DNA of 64,000 nucleotides from Antedon mediterranea (lineage: Eukaryota; Animalia; Echinodermata): assembly GCF_964355755.1 (NCBI RefSeq), contig NC_092678.1:1504422-1568421 (forward strand). The letters are read 5' to 3'. Numbering within the stretch: the stretch's first letter is position 1; every line of letters starts with the position of its first letter. Below, one piece after another: positions 23,880 through 35,907 of this stretch. A program made the translations under genes and the position numbers. The notes beneath the pieces were generated by a model, which did not search any database, was not told the origin of the DNA, and worked only from the letters and a program-made list of their open reading frames with translations.

Positions 23880-24021
23880 TTATTCTTTTGGGGTTATTTG
23901 CTTGTAACCTTTGACCTTTTTCGGTTTCCACTGTGCTTGTTTTGCATATGCTTTGAGTAGTTTCAGCCAATAGCATTGTACATCCTCCATACGTAGATGG
24001 TCCCAAATGAAGTCTCGTCCT
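23880..24021 (-). CDS. POGLUT1: Protein O-glucosyltransferase 1 (rumi), exon 11 (last)
   Basis: GRDFIWDHLRMEDVQCYWLKLLKAYAKQAQWKPKKVKGYKQITPKE*, the GT90/CAP10 C-terminus. Confidence 0.93.
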
Positions 24022-24205
24022 CTGTTGAGAGAATATTATAACAATTTGGTTACATGCATTATTTTTCTTTAGCTAATAGTTTTGAATAGTGTACAGAGCT
24101 TTTTTTCCTTAAATTATTTACAGTATCTGGCATTATTACATTGTTAAAAAAATCATTCTTCTCAGTTAAATAAATTATCTTTAAAATATATAAAGCCTTT
24201 TATAC

Positions 24206-24262
24206 CTTTGAGTAATTTCTTGGACAACTTCGTCATTAGCTTTAGCAAATTCAATTAGCTCC
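24206..24262 (-). CDS. POGLUT1: POGLUT1 exon 10
   Basis: ELIEFAKANDEVVQEITQ, 57 nt, GT-AG. Confidence 0.93.
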
Positions 24263-24415
24263 CTAGAATATAAAATAATACGTTGTATCAAAAAGTAAAT
24301 AGGTAGTCAGGTTTGTGGTAGTGTTGGGGCGGTACACCGTGCGTTTAATTAATAAGATGCATTTTGTTTCTCAATTACTATACATTAGTAAGGATAGTTA
24401 ATAACACAATTATAC

Positions 24416-24583
24416 CTTGCGTCTGATAGATCCTGTTTTACCGGTATATAATGTACCCATGGTTTCACCGCTGGATAGAAGAACTCCAACCACTCGTTAC
24501 CAACATGAAAGACGAGAGAACTGCACAGAAACAGATGCTTAAACCGGAAACTAGCGGCTACACCACGGAAGTTGAAAAGGTAC
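24416..24583 (-). CDS. POGLUT1: POGLUT1 exon 9
   Basis: [55 protein letters not shown], a hallmark POGLUT1 motif, 168 nt. Confidence 0.97.
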
Positions 24584-24763
24584 CTTGGGGGGGAAAAATA
24601 GAGAAAAGTTAACCTTTGATGGCAGTAAAAGACGAAAAACAGGTTGGCATTATCGCATTGATTGATTCAGTTAACAATAGTGATAGGGAAGGTGTCTGGG
24701 CGACATCTGGTAATAATGAGAGTGATATTAGTGACATCATCAATAGCGATTGTGGCTACGTAC

Positions 24764-24822
24764 TTATATTTACAATGTTCTTCTAACGTTACTTCTTTGG
24801 CTGGTGGTAAATGTAAAGTGTC
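24764..24822 (-). CDS. POGLUT1: POGLUT1 exon 8
   Basis: DTLHLPPAKEVTLEEHCKY, 59 nt. Confidence 0.93.
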
Positions 24823-25251
24823 CTGAAAAAAAAAAAACAATTATGAGGCATAGATTATTTATCAAATTATTGGTTTTTAGTAATAGACTATGCTTGCTCT
24901 ACATTATTATATAACACCTAAATAAATTCCTGTCATTTGATTGGACGATTGTGGGTCACATGGCGTGCACTATTGAACGGTCATTTAATAGTACTTTTTT
25001 TCGTGTACGAAAATTATTTTTTTATACTATTGCCTCTTTTGTACTTCCGCCGCGAAATTGAATATTATGATTGGTATTGCGATGGGAATGCATTTTTACA
25101 AATTTTAAATGCCTCATTTAAATATAACCTTTCATCATTCACCTCATGCCATTATTTATACACTCATAAACATGAATTATTATCACGTGACATTTAGTGT
25201 ATAGTAATATTGTATTGTATTGTATTGTATTCTGATTACAAATTTACATAC

Positions 25252-25351
25252 AGCATCTGATTTCCAAGCTTGGTTCTTGGTGTAGAGAGCGTCTACAAGC
25301 TCTGGTTCCTTTTGCGACAACCTAACTAGAGGGTCACGCTCGGCACTTGTT
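25252..25351 (-). CDS. POGLUT1: POGLUT1 exon 7
   Basis: [33 protein letters not shown] (ERD motif), 100 nt. Confidence 0.96.
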
Positions 25352-25462
25352 CTGCAATAATAAATTATAAGTGTCATCGGTTAGGACTATTGTAAACTAA
25401 TTGTTGTTCATTATTTGTATATTAATGTAATAATTTTCTTTTGTACTTTATTCTGTTCTTAC

Positions 25463-25522
25463 CTGGAGCCCCTGAAGAATGCTTTGGTCTCTTTCTTATC
25501 CCATGGCAGTCTCTTAGCTTCT
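25463..25522 (-). CDS. POGLUT1: POGLUT1 exon 6
   Basis: EAKRLPWDKKETKAFFRGS, 60 nt. Confidence 0.94.
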
Positions 25523-25689
25523 CTAAAATAAAAGAAAAAAAGGAAATTCATATGTACGTAGACTCTGTAGTTCAAATACTTAACCTTTAAGTAAGATGTC
25601 ATACTGTTTATCATGCAAATTTATTAGTCATTTTCGTTTGTATAATTAACACTGATTAAATGCCTTTATTAAGATTCATATACACATAC

Positions 25690-25814
25690 TTGTCCAGAGA
25701 TTCACGCAACAAATCCCATCTTCCTAATCCGGTTGGGAATATTGGCCACACCGCTGGACCACCTTCCCAGAATGTCCATGCTGGATACATTATGTCTGAA
25801 TGTTGGTCATTAAC
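25690..25814 (-). CDS. POGLUT1: POGLUT1 exon 5
   Basis: [41 protein letters not shown], a conserved POGLUT1 block. Confidence 0.97.
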
Positions 25815-25938
25815 CTGTGTGCCACAAACGTAATAGTTCATAATACAATTTCAAATGAAGTCTCACATTTTAATTGAATTAGTGGTTGTGCGAGGAGTTT
25901 TTTCTTGTTTTCAGATTTATTTGGTTTAGCATACTTAC

Positions 25939-26071
25939 TTTACTAAATGAAAGGACAGGTTTGGCATTTCCATACTTGGAACTCTGAGGCCAATCTCGTG
26001 GGTTTAGGATAAACTCCATGTCCGGAAGCTTTTTGATGATTTTTAGAATAAAATGCTCGACTCCGCTGCAC
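25939..26071 (-). CDS. POGLUT1: POGLUT1 exon 4
   Basis: [44 protein letters not shown], with the putative catalytic Asp in RDWPQ. Confidence 0.96.
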
Positions 26072-26223
26072 CTGTTAATAAATGGACATCATAATGTGTA
26101 GTTTATTCTTCAAAAACACTTGACACCAAAATATTTAATCATTATCATCATTAAATCTGTACTATGTAGAATTTTGAGACGATGAAGCAATAGAATTAGG
26201 GTCAGAGGTTAGAGTTCACATAC

Positions 26224-26367
26224 CTTGCAGGAAACATACATTTATCCTCACGGTACATCTTGTGGTTGATGATTTGATAGTGGGTGCCAAAAGCTTTCGC
26301 CTCTTCAAAATCTTTATTGGTAATGCCACCCTTTTCTTCCCAAACCTTCATGTCATTTTCAAGAACA
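26224..26367 (-). CDS. POGLUT1: POGLUT1 exon 3
   Basis: VLENDMKVWEEKGGITNKDFEEAKAFGTHYQIINHKMYREDKCMFPA, 144 nt. Confidence 0.95.
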
Positions 26368-26513
26368 CTGTTGGAAAATAATACAGGAAAAAAAAGAATT
26401 TAGAAGTACAAGGCCAAAACGGTTTTTTAGGGGTCGATGTTGGGTAAAATAAGACTGGGTGGAAAGCTATTAAAATATTGATTTAGGCTGGTCACTGTTC
26501 CCTACCATCCTAC

Positions 26514-26604
26514 CCTAAATGGCATGTACAGTCATCTTGATTGCAAGGCTCATAGCTTTCAACTGCACTAGCAATTGCTTTCAAATACGGTTTCCAACGA
26601 GCAT
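26514..26604 (-). CDS. POGLUT1: POGLUT1 exon 2
   Basis: ARWKPYLKAIASAVESYEPCNQDDCTCHL, 91 nt; phases consistent. Confidence 0.92.
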
Positions 26605-26965
26605 CTGTAAAAAATGAAAAAAGCATCTTAAAATAACAAAGCAGGAAAAAGTAATAAATAATAAATTGATAAAATCCTTGTTTAATTTCTGCATTATTTA
26701 TTAGGCCTAGCCCTGGGCCTAGGCCTCATATAAATTATATACTATATAATATATATACTATAGGCTATAGTATCTGGCGGTAATGCACGATGTCGAAATT
26801 TAAAACAAAATATTTATGTGCGCACGGAAATAGGGACAAAACGACTTTTCTTTCTTCATTGGTCGCATCACAAAGCGTTTGGGTCCTGAATTATTAATGC
26901 TATTGTGACGTGTCCTTACGCCGGTAAATTATTTTTTTCCTTAAACTTTGCTTTAACCCACTCAC

Positions 26966-27098
26966 TTTCACTATATTTATCCTCAGTAGTTGTGTTGGGA
27001 TCACAATCTTCATCTCCATTTTTACAAGTCTGACAATTAATTTGTAATGGTAACATTAACAGTAAAATAAAAGTTAACAAATGCAGAAACCTCTCCAT
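26966..27098 (-). CDS. POGLUT1: POGLUT1 exon 1 (signal peptide)
   Basis: ATG at 27098. MERFLHLLTFILLLMLPLQINC is a hydrophobic signal peptide; donor GTGAG at 26965. Total spliced CDS 1212 nt / 403 aa. Confidence 0.9.
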
Positions 27099-28049
27099 GT
27101 TTACAAAATTCTCCACGATGTGATTCCCAGGTCAATGTTTACGTCATCTTGGGTCGATTACGTCACTAACAGGCCTCCACCCATAGAATTACATTTTATA
27201 TGAAAAAGGTGCTTAAAATCATTATACCAGTTAAAAATAAAATACTAAAATCTATATAAAAAGTATTAATAAATTAGATAAATAATCAATATATTATTTG
27301 GAATGTTTATTATTAATCAGAATCATTTATTAATATTAAAATTGGAAGAACATTTAATGTTCCTGAGAGCGATTTTTCTTTTTTCCTGTTTAGTTTGTTG
27401 TCTTTTTCTTTTCTCAACACGTGCATTTGTTTTGATTTTTGCCTTTTAACAAACAGTTAATTTGATAATAAATAAGTGAATCAGCAAGTATTTATTCAGT
27501 GAATATAATCATCTTAATAGACCAGGGAACATCGTAATGCTGTTTAAATGTTATATTGAGTTTTATAAGATGTTTTACTGAGTTTTTATCGGCATGAATG
27601 ATTCTCGGAGAATGCAGCAGCCAAGATAAGCCTCTCATCTTATCGTCTGCCAACTTGGCTGTTCTTGGAATTACTTCTCGGCTCGGCAACCACCACCACC
27701 AACGCCCCTGCTGGCATGGAAGACAGGAAGAAGGCGTCATAGCAAGAGCCTAGAGGTAAACTATAAAGACTGAAGATACACATTCCTATTACAAAATAAG
27801 TAATATTATAAATAAATGTTATTTTTTAAAAATTAATAAAAGGAAGTCTCAACTGCTAAAAAAAAAACCATTTATGATGTAGGCCTAGCCTATAAAATGT
27901 TGCTAGGCTAGGCTAGCTAACTAGGCTAATTACTACTAGCCTTAGCCTAGCTAGGCCTAGTCTAGGGAGGTTATTTCCCATAGTTTTATATTTAAAAATA
28001 ATTATTTTATTTTTTATCATATACTTGTTATTAAATATACCATTCCGTA

Positions 28050-28317
28050 GATGGGAGACCATCTGGGAATAACGGGTGCTGTATACGGAGCTGGGGTCCC
28101 GTTAGGCATTTGAAATCAGCACTGCTGACTCTTATGGCAGCCCCTGCATCTAGTATCTGCCTCAGACCTCTGGTCAAGGTGGGCACTGGACGAGAGAAGC
28201 CCTTGATCAATGTTAGGACCAATCAAGGTGCTTTAAACAGTCCTGGCTTTGTTTGTATCAAACCTGTTAGTGGCGGTAATTATCGCTGTTGGTTTCGATT
28301 AAATAAAATAAAAAAAA
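28050..28317 (+). mobile_element. 5'-truncated 5S rRNA-derived SINE (SINE3-like) or 5S pseudogene fusion
   Basis: GATGGGAGACCATCTGGGAATAACGGGTGCTGTA matches the 3' third of eukaryotic 5S rRNA (GGATGGGAGACCGCCTGGGAATACCGGGTGCTGTA). It is followed by a GC-richer body and an A-rich tail. Confidence 0.7.
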
Positions 28318-31256
28318 GTAGTGAATTAATATTTTTATGAATTAAAAATTCTCTAAGTTTTGTTTTTGTACCTATTTTTATTCAGTATTTAACAGAATTC
28401 AGGAGGGATAACTAATTGTCAATTGTACAGTGTCAGTAGTAATTTATCTTTACTAATAATAATATGCTATGAGCTTAATACATTGATCAGATTTTACATA
28501 ATTATAATGCAGTATTTTGCACTATGAAATCTATAAATATTCACAAACAAATATACTCTCCCAAAATTCATACAATTTTTTTTTTATGTCCAGTAAAATC
28601 GTCGATTCTGATAACATGTCACATGCTTATATAAGTTTCCTCTTACATGTTTTCACTGACCGAGAGAGAGCCTGAGGATTCCCCTTTTTAAAAAAAATGT
28701 CTCTCGTCTAAGTGGCCAATGAATAAGATACTGGTAACTTTAGAACATATAGATATTCGAGTTAAATGATAAGAAGCAATTTTGCCAGGTAAAATTTTTG
28801 TGTGCTTTATTATTATTATACAGTCCCAATTATTCATTAAAAGTATCATGATGCATTAAAATACAGATATAGCCCCCTCTATAGTTCACTACTTTTTTCT
28901 TACACCTGGGAATTTTATAGTCTCAACCAGAATATAGTATTTGAAAAGACTCTAGATGTTTTCCAAACCTACCCAAATTATTTATATCATGATTACAGAC
29001 TTATTTAAATCATTTTATAACTTGTACAATTTATTATAAGTTATAATAAACATTTTTTTTGTGAATTTGCATATTTCGAATTTATTCATACAGCAAATCT
29101 AAATATTCACAAAAATGTACTTTTTAATGTCAATTTATGCCTCATTTTTTAGAAAAAGACATTCACTATACAGTACTAAAAAATGTGTAATGTGTAATTT
29201 GGGATGGATGTGTACATATTCCATACCAAATTTATGCTTTTTTAATAAATAGTTTTCACTAAATTAGCACCATTAGCAGTAACCCTAATACGGTAAAATA
29301 TTTTTTTTTTGTTTGAAGAAAAGAAGTGAAATATTTAAACAAGAAAATAATAAGCATTATTTCAATTTACTTCTATTTTCTTTAGGAAGTCTATCTTCCG
29401 ATTTCCATCGGCATCTTTTCCCTCAAGCAATGCAGAGTGCGTTGATTAATGCAAAGGTTTCTTTTCCCCGTCGGGGCACGTTACGTTATCTTCTTGGACA
29501 GGTTAATGATAGAGTATTGATCCCGCGAGATGTTTTGACCTATAACTCACCTCAGCGCATATTAGCACTTTAATATTGTATTTCGTAGTTAAGTTTGCAT
29601 AGACAACAGGGTTGTGTTAAGGTTGTTTTATGTTCTAGTCAGATAAGACGTACATTATGTTAATTGCCTGTCAGTTCAGCGTGCGCTTTAACTACTAATT
29701 CAGCTTAAAAAAACATAATTTTTACATTACATACATAAAGAAGTGTGAAAGTCATGTAAAATCCGTATAATGTGTTTTTTCCTTTTTTGTATTATGTTTG
29801 TATTATCATACAGTATAATAATTGATTTTATTAATAATAATATTAATAATATTAGTAGACAAATAATATGTTTATGTGTTGAATGGTGAAAATATTTTAT
29901 GAGTTAAAAAATCATCTTTTCTATTAACAAGAGGGAGTCAAGTTGAAAAATAATAAAAAATAATGAACTAAAAAATATAAATTCTAGCCCAGGGTGGGCT
30001 TATATTCAAGTTGGCATATATATCCCAGAATGCCTGATAGGTAGGGTTGGTTCAACCAGCTGCTCGTGTCAGTACGGTAAATACGTTTTTTTGCGAAACA
30101 TAATCCAAAACCCTGTAGCTCTGTCGTGAAAATAATTATTAGCGTCTGTTTTATGAGAAGTTTCATTTTAAAACTTGAACATAAATGTTTCGTTTTTGCA
30201 AAGAAATGTTGGAAATTTCGGAAGCAGCCACATACTGTACAAATGTAAGTAAATTAATTTATTTAAAAATTAGCTCCCGATGTAACGTCGTTTAAACAAA
30301 TTTTTGTCTTATATAAGACTTTATAATGAAATTACTGATTTTACTGATGAGTTTGTTTGTTTATTTATTGTTACGAGTGTTTGTATATACGGGAACATTC
30401 CCACGGACGTAGTTTTATGTTGCGTTGAATAGCGAGAACACAATTTGCGCAATTTTATTAGTATTTTTGCACCTCTCCTCTCAGTGAAATTTAAATGTTA
30501 TTAATATTAAGCATGATATATGTAACGAATTACAAACATTTGTTATAAAGTGAACTATTTTTTTAAACCATAAAATGAAATTTTTCCACATATTAGATAT
30601 TGTTAATATAAAAAGTAAACATACATCCCATCCCAATGAGATATGACTTTAATACTAAAAAAAGAAAGGTTTCAAATTGACTACTAATAGCTAATACTTC
30701 AGTATGTATAGAATTTCAAATTTGACAAACCATCGTGATTAGATGTGCCAAACCCGTCTAGCACTTTATCCCAAGGGTTTGGGTTCGACTCTTTTCATGA
30801 CAAACAAAACACTTCACTCTCAACAACTTTTATGCGTTGTTTATGTAGAGCATCTTGTGTGCATTTTTTTATACTATGAACACAATTTTTACCTGCAGTA
30901 TTTAAGACTAAGTTAAAAAATTTAGCTTCAAAGTCAATTCTTGAAAATATTATTTATTAATGTTGTATTTCTATAATCAAGGTTTTGGTTTTCAATTTAA
31001 AATATTTATTTCATCTTATTTGGTTATATACCATCCAATTTAACCTCTCCCTTTATATTGATTTTTATGCATAATGGATGGACCATGCTTAAAACCAAAT
31101 ATATTCATCTGTGGGTGGGGTTTGTGGGGTGGTAATAAGTCGTTTTCAAATTAAAAAAGAACCCCTTCTTGGGATGGTCAGTACAGTGTTATTATAGTGT
31201 ATAATAATATTCATTAATCCCCAAAAAAGTTTGATAATTAATTTGAATCTAGGTTT

Positions 31257-31301
31257 TATGGATTATAAAAAAACGAGTTACTCGTTTTTTTATAATCCAT
31301 A
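31257..31301. repeat. Perfect 45-bp palindrome (22-bp arms)
   Basis: TATGGATTATAAAAAAACGAGT-t-ACTCGTTTTTTTATAATCCATA. Confidence 0.9.
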
Positions 31302-31409
31302 GTCATAAACTGATTAGATAGCGCCGGGAAATGACCTACAAACAGTGTTTGCTCAGCCCATAGGCAATATGACCCAGTTTTCATTGTGATCCCTAGGTTG
31401 CTACTCGGC

Positions 31410-31600
31410 TAAAGCTCTGACGTCATTCGCAGGCAGATCAACGCACACATGCTGGCCGCGCTTGATTCGGTAGCCACAACTGAAACCCTTCATTCCATTT
31501 GTTCTTCCCGTCATCCAATTAAACGTACCAAACTTTCAATTTCGCTTCTCTATCTCAGGTCGACTAACAACCACTTTGTTGTTTTGAAAATTTGTAGGTA
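31410..31600 (+). promoter_or_regulatory. Putative promoter/first exon of an unidentified plus-strand gene
   Basis: Full CRE palindrome TGACGTCA (near 31418-31425), locally CpG-richer sequence, and a donor-like TAG|GTAATT near 31597. Confidence 0.3.
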
Positions 31601-33557
31601 ATTGTTTAATTCTTTTGAACAGTTTTGTGGTTCAGCTGTATGTTGTGATAAATGCCGTTGCTAGGCTTTATACGCAAAACATCCTTTGCCGTCATTATGA
31701 GTATTACATTAATCCTGGTTAATCTTGTAATTAGTCTTTTCACTTGACATACTTTAGCCAATTATTGACCGACCATACTTATCTTTGACCGTAAAGTCTG
31801 GTGTCATATTCATGATTGATTTTTGTTTCAATATTGCATACATTTTTTGTGTGATTGTTATAAAATAGGGCGTTCAAAAGTAAAGTCTGTGTAGCCAGGA
31901 AATTTGCTTTCTAAATAGATAGATAGTTATTCCAAAAGGTTGTCATGAACTAAAGCCTCTTTACTAGCACTGCAGTGCTGGTCTCCGGTTTGAAAGAGCA
32001 CTTGAGGGGGAAAATGTGTTCATTTGAACCCTAATAAACTCCCTGGCTGTGGCTGAGGACATGAAGTTGTGAGTCATGTCCTTAATATTTAGGCTGTATA
32101 ATTACTTAATAACCAAGATATTGATTGCCCTAGACTCAAGATGGCTAAAAGAATTGAATTTTGTGTATGATGTGATTCAAGTAAAGCCCATTGTGAAAAA
32201 TGTTTTTTCTTGTGCGTTTTCTCCTGTGCAAGGATCGCGCATTGTTCACAGCCAAAATTCAGTGCATGTTTTTTTCATGTATGAATGTTGTTAACCTCAT
32301 TTCCTATCCTTCATAACATCTTATTAGATCATGCTTGATCTTTCTCCTGAAGTTCAAAATGGTAATGCTCTAATTAGCTACAACATTATGGAGTTAGACT
32401 TGAGGCAGTAGCTAAGTGGTTTCCGTATTTCTTTGATGTACATAATGCCTCTACCTGATACTAATTTGCAAACGAAGTAAAATGAAATTTTATCTCATGT
32501 TGAATGTTGCCCCAACCATTTCAATTCAAAGAACATTTATTCACGTCCAAAAGACAAAAGAAACCATGGGTCCAGCTGCTTTAATTCAAGATGCATCATA
32601 CAAGGTCACTTTTTCACGCTCTATTACAAATTAAACAAAAAATCATTAAAAATCTGGTGTTGAATGAATGCAGTCCAAATTACAACAGTACACAGTATTA
32701 ATATTATAGTATAATATCTGGTCTTTAATATAAGAGATGCAATAGTCTTTCTTGGCCTAGGTTACCTGGATAAACCAACAAATAGCCCTTACTCCTTGAG
32801 GAGCGAGATATAACTCGAAAAGTAGAAATTTTCATTGAACACCTCTTTCCACGAATGGTATAGTCCATGAACTATGCTTTTAGTGTAAAAAATGTTAGGT
32901 TGTAAAAAATCAAAATTAAATAAAATTAAATCAACAAAATTATTCTACTGCAGTTCTATATTTTTTACTCCAATAATAATAATAATTTTATAATTTATTT
33001 GCTGCAGGAGAATACTTTTGACACGTATAAATTAATCTTCTTCTTTTTTTTTTTGCACTAGAAATAGCCAGGTTATTTTTAGATACTGTATAAAGATTTT
33101 ATTACATTTAGCAGTGTTTGATTCTGTTTATAAATCTTTATTTATAAGAATTAAAAATAAAAATGTGTTATGGCAGGCAAGTCATTTATTACATCCTATC
33201 GCTAACTACACTAAGTCTTTGATTCACATTCCCTAGAATTTAAACTGACAACCTTTGCTATTACCGTCTTCAACACCTTTTAAGAGACTTAAAATCTATT
33301 TAAAATATGATAATATTTGTATAATTTGCCAGTGATTCGACATGAGTAATGCACTGATCTTGACACAGTTGCAAAGAAAGGTTCAAAAGACGGCGTTAAT
33401 TGTTGACAGTTTGTCATTTTTAGGTCACACATCAATTTCTACACCTTAAGACGTTTCCTAATGTTTCTTACAGTGTATGATTTTTGACAGTTTCAGTAAT
33501 AAAATTCAATAGTTAAATTATATTAATGATTTTGCTTATTATTTGAATTTCATTTTC

Positions 33558-33650
33558 ACATCATGTCTATATGGGAGCATATCACTACCATATTTGGGCA
33601 CATCACACTTTTTTGTCGAAGTGGTTTGAAGGTGTCGACATACTGTAGCT
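33558..33650. mobile_element. PIF/Harbinger-type MITE family, degenerate partial copy
   Basis: CATATCACTACCATATTTGGGCACATCACACTTTTTTGTC block shared with the family. Confidence 0.6.
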
Positions 33651-34194
33651 TTAAAAATAATAATAATTGAAAGCAGTTTTTATTTTAATCGTTTACTTCC
33701 GCTACGGTAAAAAAAAAATAATACATTAGTACAAACTAGTGTTCTATGACCTGATTATAATGCGATTTAAATTCTGTTCCATCCCATACTTCCACAATAT
33801 ATTCCCAATACGCTGATGAGAATTACGATAAAAACAATTAGTAAAGGCGAGAGCGACTTGTACGTTGCTCTTTACTAGATCCTGATCACCTATTAAATGA
33901 ATTTTTAAATGCTGTCCCAATCCCTAAAGTGTGATGATAATTAGGATAAAAAATGAGCAATTTTATTTCACTTTTCGATATTGCTATCTAAATTTGTTAC
34001 CAGGTACGCGTACCACTACTGATCATCTGGGACAGCAGACTCAACTAATTAATAAGATAACAGGTCAATTTTCTTAATAGTTTTTTGATGTCAAGTAAAA
34101 ATGACTTGGCATATTGCTTGTATACACACTTTATATAGGCTTATGTAATAAGCATATAATCATCATTCCATCTACATACTGTATCATTATCAAT

Positions 34195-34545
34195 ATCAGG
34201 TTGTGTTCATCCATAGTTAGGTGAAGCCCTTCTCCAACAATTTCCATTCTCTAATGTCATGCCAGTCATGCCCAGGTTGCCATGTATTTGGTGTTCTGTC
34301 CATCTACCTATTATCATCACTTCCCCAACAATTTCCAGTCTATTTCGTGCCTAGCTTACCTGGATAAACCGACAATAGCCTTTCTCCTTAAGTTGGAGCT
34401 TTCCCACAAACAACCATCTCTCCATCTATAGGTAATCCCTTCTCTAGCAACTTCCATTTTCTTCTGTCATGTGATTTGGTGATCTTATCTTGCCATCTTT
34501 TCTTTTGCCTTCCTCATCCTTTATCTTTTCTTGAACATCTTCTGT
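34195..34545 (-). mobile_element. Degraded RTE-clade LINE 3' fragments
   Basis: The minus strand reads GRQKKRWQDKI / DRRKWKLLEKG and HDIREWKLLEKGF, like RTE ORF2 C-termini. A foldback-element end lies between them near 34338-34390. Confidence 0.45.
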
Positions 34546-35041
34546 TTATTTCTTTAAATATTGATTTTTCAGTAAAGGAAAAAAAAAGAGTATGAACTTT
34601 AAAGATATTTAAGTCATAACTAGGTAAATTTCTTGTTCTGAAGCTTTTTGATTACTTTCAATTTCCAAAATGAATAAATCAATAATTGTTGAATATTAAA
34701 CAAGAAATATTTCTTACAAAAAACGCTGCTCGCTTATTGACGTAACAGTTTTAAAGATATATTGTCCCTCTGAAAAATATTTTTTACTTCAAATTTGTTT
34801 TTGAATGTGTCATTTTATTGTCACATAAGTTATTTTACCTGAAAAAATGTAATTAAAAGCAAAAAATACTTCAATTGTCTGTCAGACAATGTGGTTTTTG
34901 AGTTATAATAATTAAACGTTTCTTTTCTCTTTTTATAATGTGAATTTTGTTACAGAAGTGAATAACTTTGATATGAAACAGACTCAATTTAGTTTAATTT
35001 ATTGCTAAGGTCAAGTCTGGGGGTCACTTCATCACACCTAA

Positions 35042-35907
35042 GGGTATGTTCAGACTCACGGAGTTACGGTGGAGTTATGTACGCGGCGTACATATTTTTG
35101 TGTCTCAACCATGCCGCGGATTAGCGTTAGGGAGCTGTTACTCCGCGCCAGTGGCGTTAATAACTCCAGCGGGAGAGGGTAGATTTCATAAGGCTAATCC
35201 ATTAATGCATCAGTGATTTCAACCTCTGGTCAACGTCAGCCAATGAAAAGACACGACCGCAATTAGCAGCAGTCTATTCGCGAGGTTTTTTTTTAATAGC
35301 AAAACAATATAGCCTATTCCTCGAGCTAGCCTAGATCAACAGCAACATTCTAATTAAAATGAAACGTGTTACATGGAAAAGTACAGAAGTGGCTGATTTG
35401 ATTTCATTATGGGGCAGCCCTGAATTTATAGACAAGATAGAAATTAGAAATTGGAAAGCTAGCGCCGGCAACAAGATGGCTGTTTTTAAAGAAATTGCAT
35501 CTAAACTGCAAAATTCTTTCTGACGAAGTTGGCGTCGGCGACATGATTTCACAAAATTAATTAAAATCATACAAATAATGGCAAAGTCATTGTCCGTGTA
35601 ATAATTATGTTCGAAATTACTATCTTCTGTAAGGGTTTGCAAAAAAATCGGCAAAAAAACCATTACATTTGAAGGTAACATTGTATTATATTGCTAGGCC
35701 TAGCTAGTGTTGTAAACTTTCGCGCACGTGTCACTCTCAGCTCTGTTGTTGTTATTGTGTGTATGTATCCCATCGGCTGTTTCGGTATGACGGAACTTCC
35801 GCTTTAAACGCAAGACGTTTGGAATGCTAATCGTTGTGTCTGAACACCTTGACTTTTAACGCCTGCGTAGATAACTCCACCGTAACTCCGTGAGTCTGAA
35901 CATACCC
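35042..35907. mobile_element. Non-autonomous PIF/Harbinger element with Myb/SANT-like fragment
   Basis: TIRs of about 37 perfect bp (GGGTATGTTCAGACTCACGGAGTTACGGTGGAGTTAT), flanks TAA/TTA. Plus-strand ORF 35359-35523 reads MKRVTWKSTEVADLISLWGSPEFIDKIE...NKMAVFKEIASKLQ (trihelix/Myb-SANT-like). Confidence 0.85.

Noticed and set aside
28050-28083. Functional 5S rRNA gene
   Set aside because: Only the 3' ~34 nt are present, with mismatches, no A box and no T-run terminator.
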